Origin: Mantamonas sphyraenae STR306
Taxonomy: Eukaryota; Protista; CRuMs
Assembly: GCA_026936335.1 (NCBI GenBank)
Contig: JAPMXV010000029.1
Span: 310,001-374,000, forward strand
Reading direction: 5' to 3'
DNA: 64,000 bases
Below are positions 1-14,400 of this stretch, in pieces. Position 1 is the stretch's first letter, and each line of letters opens with the position of its first letter. Position numbers and translations under genes: made by a program. Under the pieces are notes generated by a model, which was not told the origin of the DNA, made no database searches, and saw nothing but the letters and a program-made list of their open reading frames with translations.

Positions 1-601
1 GCCACGGCGTCAGCCGCAAACACTGCGTTGACCTCGTGGCGCACGTCAATAATGCGGATGCCGCGCTCCTTGGCGCCGACAATCATGGGGCTGATGTGCC
101 CGCCAATCAGGGTGAACAGAAACTCGACGCCATGCTTCTGCAGCACTGCTCCCACAAGGTCACCAGCATGGCGCACCTTGCCCACAGGCTCACGCGGACT
201 GAGTGCATGCATCCAAACCATGGCCGTGTGTCCATGCGTGTGTCAGCGCAAGTCGAAAAAGCTCGTCCGTCAAAAAGGGCGCCAACACCGACACGTGGTC
301 GCCCCCCACCCCTTCCCTCTCTCTCACTCTCTCACGATGTGAAAACATACTACGAGCTGTCTGCCTTTTCCGACACCAGCCACTTGATGGCATAGATGAC
401 TGTCACAGCCATGAGGACGTAGAGGCCCAGGCCCAGCAGCCACTGTTCGGGCAGCTCGTTCGGATCCAGGTACTTCATGCCCAGCGTCCACGCAGGACCA
501 AACTGGAACCGGATCAGGTGCTTGGCACGGTCCAAGTCGTTCTTCATGAATTCTTGTGTGGCAGCCCATGCTGCCCAGAAGGTCACCTTCAGCTCGTCCA
601 T
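1..601 (-). CDS. ILVBL: Acetolactate synthase-like protein / 2-hydroxyacyl-CoA lyase 2 (TPP enzyme); 5' part only, runs off the window start
   Basis: Not in the ORF track as a unit. Exon 1 (601-351, MDELKVTFW...[24 protein letters not shown] anchor) joins via a GTATGT..CAG intron (350-199) to [66 protein letters not shown]. This matches the ILVBL N-terminal TPP-binding motif (FTLxGGHISP...DxRHE). Confidence 0.85.
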
Positions 602-672
602 GCTTCTTCTCTCCAGTGGCAGCACTCGCAGCGCAGCGCACTCCCTCCACCAACACGTCTCCAAAACCCCCA

Positions 673-2398
673 ATGGGAAACACGTCCAGTGGTCATCCGG
701 ATTCTTCTTCGTCTTCTTCTTCCTCCCAGCCATCTTCCTCAGCGTGGGCCAACTTCTCCTCGCCCTTTGTTCAGGACCTTGCCCATGCCGTCGCCCGTGT
801 TGGACTGGCTCGGCAGAACTCTCTCGGTGCGGATGCGTACGAGGACGACGACTACTTTCCCCCCATCCTCGAACTCCCCCACGAGGTCATGGTCAACATC
901 TTCCGCCACCTCTCGTGCGTCACATGCCCCCAGCATCCTCCTCCCTTTGCGAATTCTGGACCGTCGCTGACACATCTTGCCCCCCCCCTTCGCGCCTCCC
1001 AGTGACGAAGAGAAGTGTTCCTGCATGCTTGTGTGCCAGGACTGGGAGTACACATTGCGTTCGCCTGAGCTCTGGGAGCATGAGCCCAGCGTACTGCAGA
1101 AGTACCAGGGGTTGATCACCGACGAGTACCTTGCCAAACTTTGCTCCACAGTGCTGCAGTACGCACAGCACGTGCGTCTCGACTGGTCCGAGGTCTCTGC
1201 AGATGGCTTCCTGGACTTTGCAAACATCTGTGGGCCCACCCTTCGTTCGCTCAACGTCTCCCATTGCCCAAACGTCGGTCCTGCCCTGGACTTGATGCTT
1301 CGCCTCATGCCCCAGCTCAGACAGCTCAGAATCGCTTCCACGCGCTTCGACCGCGCCATCTTTGGCCTCATCGCAAAGAATCTTCCCGACCTCACCCTCC
1401 TTGACCTCAGCTACACCTCTGTGCGCGACGACGACATCATCGACATCATTGAAGCCTGCCCGAACATCCAACACCTCCATCTCGACGGCTGTTCCGACCT
1501 TGAGGGCGCATTCTTTGCCCATTGCCAACACTTGCGTTCCCTGACCATCACCAACTGCTACAACATCCCCTTCGAGCACCTGGACACCCTTGCCGCGAAC
1601 GCAACCAATCTCCATGTCCTCGACGTGTCCACTGTGGCCAATCTCAACTGCACCGTCGTCATGGACATTGTCGAGGCGTGCACTCACCTGGAAGAACTCA
1701 CAGTTGGCCACCTGCAAGAAAAGTCGCACACCGAAGCGAACAATCTCCCAGGGCGCTCCGTCACAAACACGTCCCTCCGCACTCTCATCAACCGTGGTGG
1801 CCCTCTTCCCATCATCGATGAGCTCGTGCGATCCGCTCCGCAGCTTCGCGTCCTCCGTCTCTCCTCGGGAGGGTGGAAACCACAGAAGAACATCACATGG
1901 GCCACAAACCCACCCTGCGCAGAGTCTCTCCGTGAAATCTACCTGGACGGCCAGATGTTCCATGACTACGATGACATCCACGCTGTCGTGACTGCCTTTC
2001 CCAACATCGCTCTGTTCTCCTGGAAGCCATGGGTGCACTCCATTTTCACGACCGACAACTCGGACCTGGCCAATCTCCTTTGTTCTTCTTGCCCCAACCT
2101 TCGACACATTACTGTACACAACCGTGCTCTCGGCCCATGGATTGGCGTGGACAAACATTCCCCAGCGGCCACCCTCGACCACCTCGAGTACCTCGACGTG
2201 AGGCAGCTCCACAGCATCCGTCAGGATGAGCTCACCCTCAAGAGCATCTCAACCCTGTTTTCCGATTGCCCCACACTCAAGACCGTCAACTTGCAGGGCC
2301 TCCACGGCAAGCCGTCGACAACCCCGTCAGTGCAAACGCAGGCAAAGACCATCGCCTTCAAACGTGGTGCAAAACTCTACATTTCACAAAATTGGTGA
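673..2398 (+). CDS. F-box / leucine-rich repeat protein (FBXL-like)
   Basis: Intron 915-1002 (GTGCGT..CAG, branch GCTGAC) joins LELPHEVMVNIFRHLS|DEEKCSCMLVCQDW (F-box). Cys-containing LRRs follow (LRSLNVSHCPNV, LTLLDLSYTSV, IQHLHLDGCSDL). The N-terminus MGNTSS fits an N-myristoylation motif. Confidence 0.85.
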
Positions 2399-2406
2399 TT
2401 GCGAAC

Positions 2407-5400
2407 TCACTCATCCGGTGGACTCAACGTAAATGCCTCCTCATGCTCGGCCACAAACTCCTCAAGCCCGCCCGAAAACAGAAAGTCGGTGGCTGCCTCC
2501 AACGAGTCCCCGTACTGCTGCAGAATCAAAAAGTACACACCCAGAGGATATCGCTCGTCACCCATCATCATATGCAGCTGCCTTGCGTTGTCCCATCGCC
2601 CCAGATCCCGTGCGCTCAATCCGCTTCCTCCGCCACTGCCTCCTTCCGCGCCTGTATCCACACCCAAATCTGCACTGAGTCCTCCCACGCCTGCTTCACT
2701 TGTATGCACCCCTTCGTCACCATCTACTGCTTCGTCGCTGTTTCCGCCTGCCTCCAAACCCTCGCCTCCCATTCCCATCATCCCACCACCCATCATCAAG
2801 AAGACACTGCCTTCCATGGGTCCCTGCATCATCATCATGCCGCTGCTGTGCGCCGCTTCCGTCTGCATGATCTCCTCCAGGTCCTTGGTTGCCTGCATCA
2901 GGCCTGGCAGCTCGCTTCGCACGTACGTCAGGAACGTCCCCACTCCGGCTTCAAGCATCACCGAGCGAATGTTTGCGTCTCCACTCAACGTCAATTGACG
3001 CACAACTTCCACCACACTCTGCTTGAACACAAGGTCACCCATGCGCACGCTGCCCAGCAGGTTCTGAACAAGCACCTTGTCGTTTGCGAGCACTGCCGCC
3101 ACGCTGCGTGCGCTGTTGTGCGCGCAGCATTCCATCAATGCACGCACCATTCCTTGCATCATGGTCTCCTCATCCCGCGTCCAATCCCGCTCGGCCCCGT
3201 TGATCGGCAGCGTGTTCATCAACGCCAGCAATGGTCGCAGTCCGCCTCGCTCCTGGAACTCCTGAACGTTGTTTGCGTCCTGAATGCTGTAAGCAACCGC
3301 ATGTACAGCCGAAGCACGCACCGCAAGCTGGCTTGCACTCAGCAGCGAAATCAGCGTCTCCAAACCGCGGATCTCCAGCAGCTTCTTCTGGTTCTCCGGA
3401 TGCTGCAACGAGTACGTCAAGACCCAGCATGCCCTGCTCGAAACGCTCACCTCGTCGTCATGCACCATGCCCAGCATCTTTTCCAGCCCTCCAATCTGTT
3501 GCATCTTGATCTGGTTCTTCTCGTCGCTCAGGCTGTTCAGCAGCGTATCCAACGCACACACACGCATGCGCCAATCCTCACTGCTGCACAACTCCAACAC
3601 CTGAGACAGGCGCTCTCCTACCGCCATCATTTCCCGAAACTGTTTGTACAGCATCAGCTTGCCCACCGCATCGAGGCTGCGCTCGGCCAACTCGCCGCTT
3701 CCGTGCTCTTTGCTCAGAGCCAGATACTTTGGCAGGATGTCGATCGACTGCAGAGCCGCCAGATTCTCCTCTCGAATCGAGGCGTACTTGTCCACCACGC
3801 CCTCCAGAACCACCTCGTCGCCCGAGTACGACGTTGACACGCACGCGTACAGCTCCGTCCCTTCAGCGCAGTGCACGCCCGTGTGGCACACCCCCTGGTC
3901 CTCTCCGTTCACTTCGAAGCGCAGAGTCTCTTCCACCGCGTCGTAGACCACATCCAGAACGTCGCCCGACTTGAGCTGGCATCCATACGAGTCCTGGCTG
4001 CCGTTGCGGTACCGCGTCGAGCTGCTCGTTCCGCAGTACCACGTCCAACCTGGGTTCCCTGTGCTGCCCACCCAATCGCTTGCCGTCGGTTTGCCTTCGC
4101 TCACTCCCACAAACATGTCCGACACCTTGTTCAACTTCAGCCGCCAGCGCGTGTTGGCCGTCAGCGGCCTGTCCGCACACACGGTGCGCCATTCCCCGCG
4201 CAGCGAGCGGAAGTGCTTGCCTCTCGTGATCACGCTAAAGTACTCCGTCGGGCAGTACGTATCTGTGTCCCAAGCAAACAGCTGTGTCTCTTTGTCGCCC
4301 ATCTCAATCACCAGATCGTGAGTTGTCGCCCACCGCGATTCAGACCCACACACGATGCCGTTCAGCTTGGACACTCCTTCAAAGATCTGATCTGCGTCGC
4401 CTTCGTTCAGCAGCCAGTACGCAACCAGGCCTCCTGTCTTTTGCGGGTGTCTCCTGAACAAACTCTCCTGGATCTCTCGCACACTGCGTGCCACGTTCCA
4501 CAGGCTCAAATGGGTCATTGTGCCTTCAAAGTGGTTCGTCACCAAGTTGGCCAACGTGCGTGCGGCTACTCGCTTCTCACGCACCTCCTCTGCGCTCGCT
4601 GCAAAGCCGGATCCGCCCGAGGACGAAGACGACGACGATGCGTTCGCGGCCTCCACCTTCAGTTGCGACTTGTATGCCTCAAAGTCTGCCTCCGCCCCCT
4701 CGAAGTAGTAGTCCATCTGCTCGTTCATGTCCGTCGGCTTCTTCTCCACAATGAACTGCGCCAGATCCACCGGCAGCTTCGTGCCCGTGTACATCATCGA
4801 CGTGTCCATCAGCTGGATCACAGCCGAACTCACGTCTGCAGCCGCCTCCCAGTCGCTTCCCGTCGTCAGGTTGCTGCCCCGCATCGCCTTGACCTTTGTT
4901 TGTGCGCTGCTCAGCGTGAGCTGACTTGCTTTCAGTTGCATCTCCATGGCGCTGTCGTTCAGGTAGCGCACGTTCAGCTCCACGGTTTGATCCTCCATGC
5001 AGGTGCCCGTCACCTCCAATTCGCTCTGGCGGATGATCTGGTCCCCAAACCCAATCTGCTGGAATGGCACCAGGCCAGTGCCCTTCACTTCGTTGCTGCC
5101 GCTCTCCTGCGTCAAGACCAGGCTGTAGTGACTGCCGTCGTCCACAAACACGGTAAAGTTGCCCGACACGTTCCATGAAACAGGTGCGTCGCCTTTCGCC
5201 TTGCCAGCCTCACCGCTGCTTCCACCATCGCCGTCCTGCACCTCCACCACCTCACGCTCGTGAGTCCTGACAAACTCGGCGCCCAGCAGCCAGCGACCTC
5301 CTTCGGGCCACATGATGTCCATCGGCATCGAGCCCATCTTGCGTCCGTACACAAAGATCGAGCCCCGCGTCCCATCAAATGTCACCGTCACCGGCGCCCA

Positions 5401-8400
5401 GCGTCCACTCAGAGAGCCCAAGTCTGTGCGAATCACCTGAGCGTTTGCGGTCTCCGAGCTGCTGCTGCTGCTCCCACCCGTATCACCTTCACCAGCGCCT
5501 TGCTCTTGACCTCCATCGCCTTCCGCCAAGCGACGGCGGATGTCGCCCACTTCGGCACGCTCCCGCTCGTCCATGGATGGAGTCGATCCCAGGTGTACGC
5601 CGTTGTGCCACCCAAACTCCAGGTGCTCGCCGTGCATGCGAAGAAACACGGCCTCGCCGTATTCGTTCGAATACGAGATGATGTTGCCCACGCCACGCGA
5701 TGCAAACTTGTCCATGTACACGTAGAGGTCAATGCTAAACGCGTTGCTGATGCCCACTCGTGAGTCTGAGTCCACACCCAGGTACACGTACGAACCGGGG
5801 CCAAGCGAGAGCGCTCGGTTCGCCTTGTTGGCCATGCGCGACAGGATGTCGATGCACATCAGCTGCACGTCTGGGGAACCACTGTAGTACGTCATGCAAT
5901 CGGCCACATGGCTCAACAGCTTGTGCTCGGTCACAAAGTGCTGGTTCGCGGGCGATGTCACACACTTTTGGATGTACTTCAGCGTCTCCACACGCAGCTT
6001 GTCGTTCTTTCCCGACAAGCACTTGTGCATGTGCTCCAAGTTGTAGTTGTGCAACTCCATGCACGATTCTGCAGCCACGCCGGTGCCGTTCGTCGACAGC
6101 ACTGTGATGCGGTCGTTCAGGCTGTAGAAGCTGATACCAGCGTACAGCGGGCCTGTCAATCCTGTGTACGCCACACCTAGGTCCTTTTCGTTGTGGATGT
6201 ACGACAGCGTGCCTGCGTTCAGGTCCAACTTGACGCACACAACGTCGCCCGTCTTGAACGACCCGCCGTACGTCTGGCTCGACGCATTGTGGTATGTACA
6301 GCTGCCTGCGCCGTAGTACGACCATCCCTGAGGAGTGCTGGACCCGCCAATGTAAGACGTACTCGTGCCAAAGTGCTTGGCGTCCTTGCACACGCCAATC
6401 ATGATGGTTCCCGACTCGGTGGCGTCGATGCGCAGCGTCCACTCATGTCGTCCACGAACAAACGGCCGTTTGCCAAACACGTTGCTCCAGGTCGATGTCG
6501 ACATGTGCTGCGCCGTTACACTCTCGGTCGAGCGGCGCGTAAACTCGAAGCGAGAGCGTTCGCAAAACTCGGGCGACATGATTCCTTCTGCAGACAGCGG
6601 CGCGGCAAAGCGGCGCTGTTTCTGGCGCATCGAGTCAAAAAATGCATTCTGGTCGATGGCGTCGTCATCGATGACGCAATCGTTGAGACGCGTGAGCGCA
6701 TACTCCAGCACAAAGTCGCTTGTCGAGCGCAGAAACTGCATGAAAACGGGCACGCCTCCGGTGTCTCGGAGATACAGGTCGTTCTCTTCGTTCTCGCACA
6801 GCTCGACAATGGCAGCACTGGCGTCTTCAAACAGATTCACCTCTGAGCTGGTCACAAAGCGCATCAGGGCACTGAGGATGTTGAAGCGCTGCAGCACCAC
6901 CTTGTTCGTTTCGTTCATGGCGGCAAAGCGCACGAGTCCACAGGCATGCCTCTGGATCGTCATGTCGTTGCTTGTGCTCAAAAGATGGTAGGCCTTTTCC
7001 AGGACGCCCTCCTCGCGCAGACGCACTTGTTCCGACTCCTGCTGTGCAATCTGCTCCAGGGCGTGGCACGCCAAGCCTGTGAGCTCCATGGCCCAATCTG
7101 GACTGATGACCACGGGGCTCACGTCGGCATGCTCGGCCGCATATCCGATGACGTTGTGCAACAGCTGGCGGCCGTCCGTCTGGCTGTTGAATCCCATCAT
7201 GGGCTCGTGCGCCGACGACACCGGGAACAGGTTTACAAACAGGCACAGATTGCCGACATCCTGCGAGCGGCGCTCGCTCACGAGCACCACATCATCGTCG
7301 TAGTAGGCGAGCACGCGGCAGCTCTCGTCGTTTACCATGACGTTGCCCAGCCCGACAAGGCCAGACACAATGTCCTGCACACCCTGCATGATGGGATGGT
7401 CCTTGTCATATGAACCCAGCTTGCCCTCGGAGGAGGCTACGCGCGGTCCAGCCACGTACGGCGCCACCGCGAGTGCAAATTCACCCGCCAAGGAGCAAAC
7501 GTCGATTCCAATACCTCCCGCGCACACGATGCACGCGCCGCGTTGGTACATGTCCAGCAGCAACTCGGACAGTGCATGCATATCACACCAGCAATCCTCC
7601 GGTGCCGTGTACACAAGCACCACCTGCGCCTTGTTCAACTGTGCATCCGTCACGGACGGAACCACACCGCCTGCACCCACATTGAACGGCACGGCACACA
7701 CCTTTCGGTCGCCAATCTTCGGCATGCTGTCGATGCTGCTAATCAGCACTGTGTTGGTTGTGTTTGTGCTCTCCACAGTGGGCATTGCGCCCATCACCGC
7801 CACAACAATCGCATCGTCATCCTGCACACCGTCCAAGTCTGCCACACTGGCTTCCACACCGCCACTGCTGCTGCTACTGCTGCTGCTGCTGCTCCCTGCA
7901 CCTCCATCGCTGCTGCTGCTGCGTGTGGAAAAGCGTCGGTTGTCCAATGAGGCCATGAGAGCTGGCGACGATGACGGGGTGACCACAACCACATCGCCTG
8001 AGCCCGAGTCGGCCTCCTCGCGGAATCGCTCAGCCGGATCCGGCCCATGTCCTTCAATGGCATCCAGAAGCTTTTCGCGCGTGTCCAACAGTTGCGTGAG
8101 CACACCAATACCACCCAGCTGCGACACGGCCTTGACGTTGCGCGTGTCGCGCTCCAACACTGTGTTCAGGGCGCGAAGCGTTTCCACGCGGACCTCGCTG
8201 TCGCGAGCTTGCAGCATGTTCACAAGCACCCCCAAGGCGTTCATGTGCGTCAGCAGGATGTACGCACCCTCGTCGCGCATGCTATACGCAAGCGTCAGCT
8301 GTGCGTTACGCAGCACTGGCACCGATTCTTCGTCCTCGTCCTCCTCTTCGTCCTCGTCTGCCCCCTGATCCTCCGAATTCTGTCTCAATTGGGCATCCTG

Positions 8401-11400
8401 GTGTTCTCGCACCATCTCCACCACCTTGGCCACTCCACCAGCCTGCGAGAAGCGCTCCAAGTTCAGCGAGCGCTTGCACGCAAAGCGCATCACCTGCATT
8501 GCCAGGCCGTGCATCTCTTCCAGATCCTCGTTCTCCAGCACACCCAACAGGCTCGCCATGTCCTCCTTTGTCAAATGGTGGCCAGAAACACCGGTGGTGG
8601 CCGAATGGTCACCCAACATGGCCGATGCCACCATGAGTGCATTCTGGAGCAACACTTCTTCGTCGGTGCGCAGCAATGGTTGGATTGCCGAGAAGATGCT
8701 TGCGTCGCGCATGTGAGCAACATTGTCCCGCGCCAGACTCTTCAGCGACCCGCTCCAAGAGCTGCTCACCACGTCGTCCATGGTGTACAGCGACACCACA
8801 GGGTACAGATCCTGGCGCTGCAGGCTTGTTTCGGACGTGTACGCAAGACCAAAAGCCTGGCCATCCACCACAAAGGACAGAGTGCCCTTTTCCGGGTCGA
8901 AGGTGGTGGACACCACGCTGCCGGACTCTAGCACCTTGCCGTAGTTCTTGCTGGAGCCGTTCTTGTAGACATACCCTGGCGTCGAGCCGTAGAACGCTGC
9001 CCCCTCAAAGCCACTCCCACCCACATACGTGTTCAGGCCGAGTTCACCCACACCCACAAACACTTGGCCAGACGTCGTGCGCGGCAGAAACACGTCGAAC
9101 GTTGTTCGTCGCTTGATGGGCTTGCTTCCGTATGCCTGGCACCAAACAGACGACGCCTTTTGGGTCACGGTGTCTCCTTCAATCACAAGCGACGGCGTGC
9201 TGTGTTCTGCAGACCAGCGCACCACGCGGCTTGTCTGCGCCTCTTCCCCATTCTCCTGCGCCTGCTGGCCACCCTTGCCCACGCTCTTGCTGCGCGGCCC
9301 CTTTGGATAGCACATGTTGCGCAGGGTGGTGAGGATGTAGTCGCTCACCTCGTCGCTCTGGTCGGCTTTGCGTAGCAGCGATGCCAACTTGGCCACAATC
9401 TTGCTGCGTCGGATCATATGCAGCAGCGCCACGTGTTCGCTGGCGTGCGACAGGAACGAACACACAAGTTTGGTCAACGGCAAGTGCTCGTGATCGATCA
9501 GGCGTGCACATTCGCCAACCACACCGACATACTCCATCATTTCTCGCTGGGTGGCCCCTTTGGCCAGATTGGAGCACGCGTGCACCGCGTTTGTCATCGC
9601 CCAAAGGTACAGCGGGTTGCCACTGTCTTTGTACCCACACTGTTCGGCCAACAGCCTGTGTACGTCCTTGTGTGCTCGCACCACCTTGCTTTGCTTGCGC
9701 AATTGCGAAAGTTGGCTGATGGCACCCATGCATGCACCGCGCACGCGCAGGTCTTTCCGTTCCAGCAGCGGCACAAGCGTGTCCACCACGCCATCCACAG
9801 ACACAATCATCGCGCTGACCTTCTTGCTTTTGGCCGCATTCTCCAGACACTCACACGCGTTGGCCGTAATGGAGTCGAGCGTGCCCGAGTTCAGCAGGGA
9901 CACAAGAATCTGCGGCCCGCTCAAATCGCCAAAGTCACTCTGCATCGAACTGTCCAACAGTGCCGACTTGAGAGCACCTGTAGCTTGCATGACCAACTCC
10001 GAGTTGTGCGATTGCACAAGGCGCACGAGCGTGTCCACCGCGCCTCGTTGCTGCATCAACTTGCGGTTTGCTCCCAGCATGGCGCAGCTACCCAGCGCGG
10101 CACACGCGCCTTCCAGCACCGCCACCTCGTCGCGCTCCAGCATATCCATAAGCACAGCAATACCGTCACATTCGCCCACCTCTCGCTGGGTTTCCTTGTC
10201 AACACAGTAGTTGCGCAGAGCCAGACAAGCCTGCTTCACAATGGACGCGTCCTCTTCGCTGGCTATGAGCTCCAGCAGCCGCTTGGCTGCCCCCAGGCTG
10301 CGCAGTTGAGTGCGGTTCTCTGCGTTGGTTGCACATGCCACCAGGGCGCTGCATGCACTCGTGCGCAGCTCACCCACAGAGGATCCACTCGATGTGGCAA
10401 GTGTCAGGATGGCGCGCAGGCTCGACTTGTCCATTTTGCTGTCTGTGCCTGTGCCGGAGCCCAGCAACGCCACAATGGCGTTGGACGCCTCTTCGGCAAC
10501 TTCTTCCACCTCGCCTTCCTCCAACAGCGGCACAAGCGCAGCCATGGCACCCTCTTCCACCAGCCTGGGCATGTTCAGCGCCACCGTGTCTGCCAGGTAG
10601 CCTGTATCGGCATGTGTGGCGTACGCCGGCTCGAAGCGCACGCGGTCGTCCAGGTCGTACAGAGACACGGCGGGGTACAGCACAGAGTGGTTGGCCGGCA
10701 CGCGGTACGCCACCCCCAGGCTGATGCCATTGTGCATGAAGGACAGATCGCGGGTCACACTGTCCCATTGCACGCGCACCACGTCGCCGGTCGACCCAGC
10801 GTGGCCATAGTTGGCACTCATGCCGTCCTGGTACTTGTAGCCCGGCGAGCAGGTGTAGTACGACGCACCGTAGTACGACGAAGACTGGCCAACATATGCA
10901 CCGGACTTTTGGTGGGACGGTTCACACACACCAATCATGATGGTGCCGCTCTTGGTCTTTTCCAGAATCACATCCCACTCCTTGGATTCATCCAGCGGCT
11001 GGTCGGTCAAAATGTTTGTGCTCCACGACGTTGTCTGCGTGCATCGCAGCACGTTGCCGTCGCCCATGATCTGCACCACACTGTCCAGTGTGTCCTCTTT
11101 GTGGAACGCCCACGCGCCCTTGGCCATGTGCGACTCGTAACGAAGGTCGGGCCGGTCTTCCCAGCTCGCCCCTTCTCCGCACAGCACCATGGGGCCACCA
11201 CGACGTACTGCATTGGTGGCCACACAGCCCAGCTCGTCGTTCAACGACCAGCAGCCAAGCAGCTTGGCCACGTTTGTGGACACAAGTGCATGCTGCATCT
11301 GGCGAATCTGCTCTGCGTCCATACGGTAATTCCAAATGCGCACGTCGGCCATCTGGCCGACAAATAGATCTCCCATGCGCGACGAGAGACCCTGGATATG

Positions 11401-14400
11401 CTTCAGTGTCGTCGAATTCAGCTGCACACCGGTGCCGCGTTCGTTGCCCACACCGCCCGACGCTGAACTGGACGCCGATTCACTCAGCAGCAGCTGTTCG
11501 CGCTCCTTTTCTTCGTACTCTGACATGTGCTCCAGAGCCCATTCGGCTTGCTCGTTCTGGTCGGTGCTATGATTTACGGCATCGCGAAGCAGCTCTTCCG
11601 TGCCAGTAACGAGCAGATTGCGCAGGCGTTCGATGTCCAACTGCTTCTTGCGATCCAGTTCCTCCTTTTTCTTCTCGTGTTTCTTGTTCATCTCCACAAA
11701 CACGTGTGCAAACGACTGCTTGCGCCCCAGCAGCTGCGTGTACACGTCCTCATCCTCCGACACAGTTGTGTTGTCACCCAGAGACACGCCACCCGCTGCA
11801 AGGTCGCCGTGATCCTCACCAAACATGGTGGCGCCCACAAGCCACTGTGCATTGTTGGCCACTGTGGGAAACATCTGTGCGTGTTCGCCCTCGGCCACCA
11901 GAGTTCCGTTGCGGTACAGCGCAAACGACGACGAATCAAACACGCCGCACCAGTGCACCCACTTGTTGGCGTCCGTCTTTTTGTCCAGTGCGACACTCAC
12001 AAAAGCCTCGGATGTCGAGCTCGAGTGCACGTCGCTGAAAATGCCCATCTGAAGGCGGCCCTTTTGCACACGCATGCCCATGCTGTACCCGCTGTTCTCG
12101 CTGAGCATGACCAACGTGTGTGCAGATTCGTGCGCAGGCGATGTCTCGCCATCGGAGGCGGCGTCTGCATCCGTGCCAAGCACCACAGCCTTGGGCAACT
12201 TTACGCTCAGCTCCACGCTCACCCCCTTCTCGTTGGCCATGTGCTCCAGCTGGCCGATGTAACCAAACGAAGTGCCTGTCATTTTGAGGCACATGTTGGC
12301 CTGCGAGCTAAGCTGGGTCACCAGCGTGCACAACTCCATTTGCAGCTCCGGGTCGCCAACCTCACGCATGAGGCGCATGAGGATGCCCACGAGGTCGAGT
12401 TCAGACAGAATCAGTTGGTTCGCAGAGGACACACATGCGCGCTTGAGAAAACGCACGGCCTCCAAACGCATCAGCAGCACGGTGTCGGGCATCAGCGTGG
12501 AACGGTCAGGTTGCAGCAGCTGCAACACAATCGAAAAGTGTTCGCGCGTAAACAGGGATACGTACACGTTGAGGTCGGTAGCAAATGTGCGCATGACCAC
12601 ACTGTTGATCACCTCCAAAAGGTGTAGCTGTGCCTCGGGCGACGGCAACCGGAAGCAATCCAGCAACTTGTGCACGACACGTTTGTGGCGCAATTGTGCT
12701 CGTGCAGCCGTGTCGTGACTGCAGTGTGCCAGGACGTTGGCGACGCCTTGCAGGAGCATCATGTCCGCGTCTGGCGACAGCAGATCGATCAGATCGGCCA
12801 GCATGCCCAGGTTGTACGCCTGTTTGCGCAGCGTCGACGAATGGCTCAGTGCGGCGATGGCGCCCACCACGTGGCATAGCAGCGGTACGTCGTGTGTGTG
12901 CATCTGCGCCATCAACCTCGGCAGCACGTCCGTTTCCGTCAGTGCATCGCGGAAGTGCTTCACGGTGGCACAAACCCAGAGCGCCGTGCAGACAATCTTG
13001 TGGTCGTTCACGTCCACGCTGCTGGTGCTCATTTCGGCGTCACTCACATCCAATGAGAGGCAGCTCAGCACATCCTGCATCGTGCTCACTTTCACCTCCA
13101 CCGGCGCAGCCTTCTTTCCCTTCTTGCCCTTCTTGCGACGCCTGCTGACTATCACCTGATGCATATTGGCCAGCATGCGCAGCACACATTCGTTCACCAC
13201 CTGGCTGTCGCGGTCGGCAAGACTCAACTCTCCGCCTGCGCCAACTGCGCCTCCACTGCTGCTGCTCGATCCTCCCTGAGTCAGCGCCGCGCCAAACAGT
13301 TCGTCCTCGTCGCCCAGCACGATCATCTGCTCGTCTTCGCCCAGGAGCCCTGTGTCGTCGATTCCCTCTGCCGTCGACGCAAACAGCCCGGCCATGCGTG
13401 CCAGCAACATCTTCTTGTGCGTGCCAAAGTGGAGGCTGAACTGCATCAGCTCCATGGCCTTGGTCATGAGCGACGCGCGGTCTTCGATGTCGTTGTACAG
13501 GTCGGCTGCGTCGACGAGCACGCGTTCGCTTCGCTCGAGCGCTGCAGCGCCATGTTTGTAGTCCAGCAGCGTGCGGACAAGATCCAGGCGCATTTCGTTC
13601 CACGCACTGCCCACGTCCTTGCTGCTCTCTGGCTCGTCCGCCAGGTTCATGGCCGCTTCGAAAACGCGTTCCGACTCATCGTACCAGCTGAGCACCGTCG
13701 GCACGCCTTCGCTCGAGTTGCTGCTCAGGTAGCGCTTGGCCTTCTCATGGAACACCATGGCCATGTTGAAGTATGCCAGGCCCATCACTTTGGCGTCGCT
13801 GTTTTCGTTGCACGAGTTGACGATGGCGTTGAACTTTTCGCACGCGTTGTCGTACAGGTGCTGGCACTCTGTGCCCTTCTTGCGCGCCGCCTGCTTCGTC
13901 AGAGCCTTGCCCCAACGCAACAGCGAGTTGTAATTGTCTGGCGACGCAGCCACACTGGCCTCAAACTTTTTGAAGGCCAAGTGGAACAGACGGTCGCTTG
14001 CAGACGCGTCCTTGCGCTTCTCGGCCTCCATGGACAGGGCCACGCCGAGTGCGTGGTCGATGATGTTCATGTGCTTGACCTTGGCGTCGATCGACGCCAC
14101 ATCCGAGTCCACCATGACGAAGCTCTCTGGATTTTCGCGCAGCTGGTCCATGGCGGTTGGAGCCAGCGCCATGCCCGTCATCTCTTGGATGCGCGTAAAC
14201 AGAGCAAATTTGTCCACTTTGTCAAAGAGTGAGTAGTGCGGCTCCATCTCCTCTCGCGACAACGCTGGCTCGTAAAACTTGTCCTTGATCTTTTCCTTCA
14301 GAACCAATTGCCAGAAGGTCTGGCTCTCTGTGCGATTGCCCAGGAGCTTATTGAGGAACTCTTTGATGACGTGACGGACGGGTTCCTCCATCGGCGTCGG

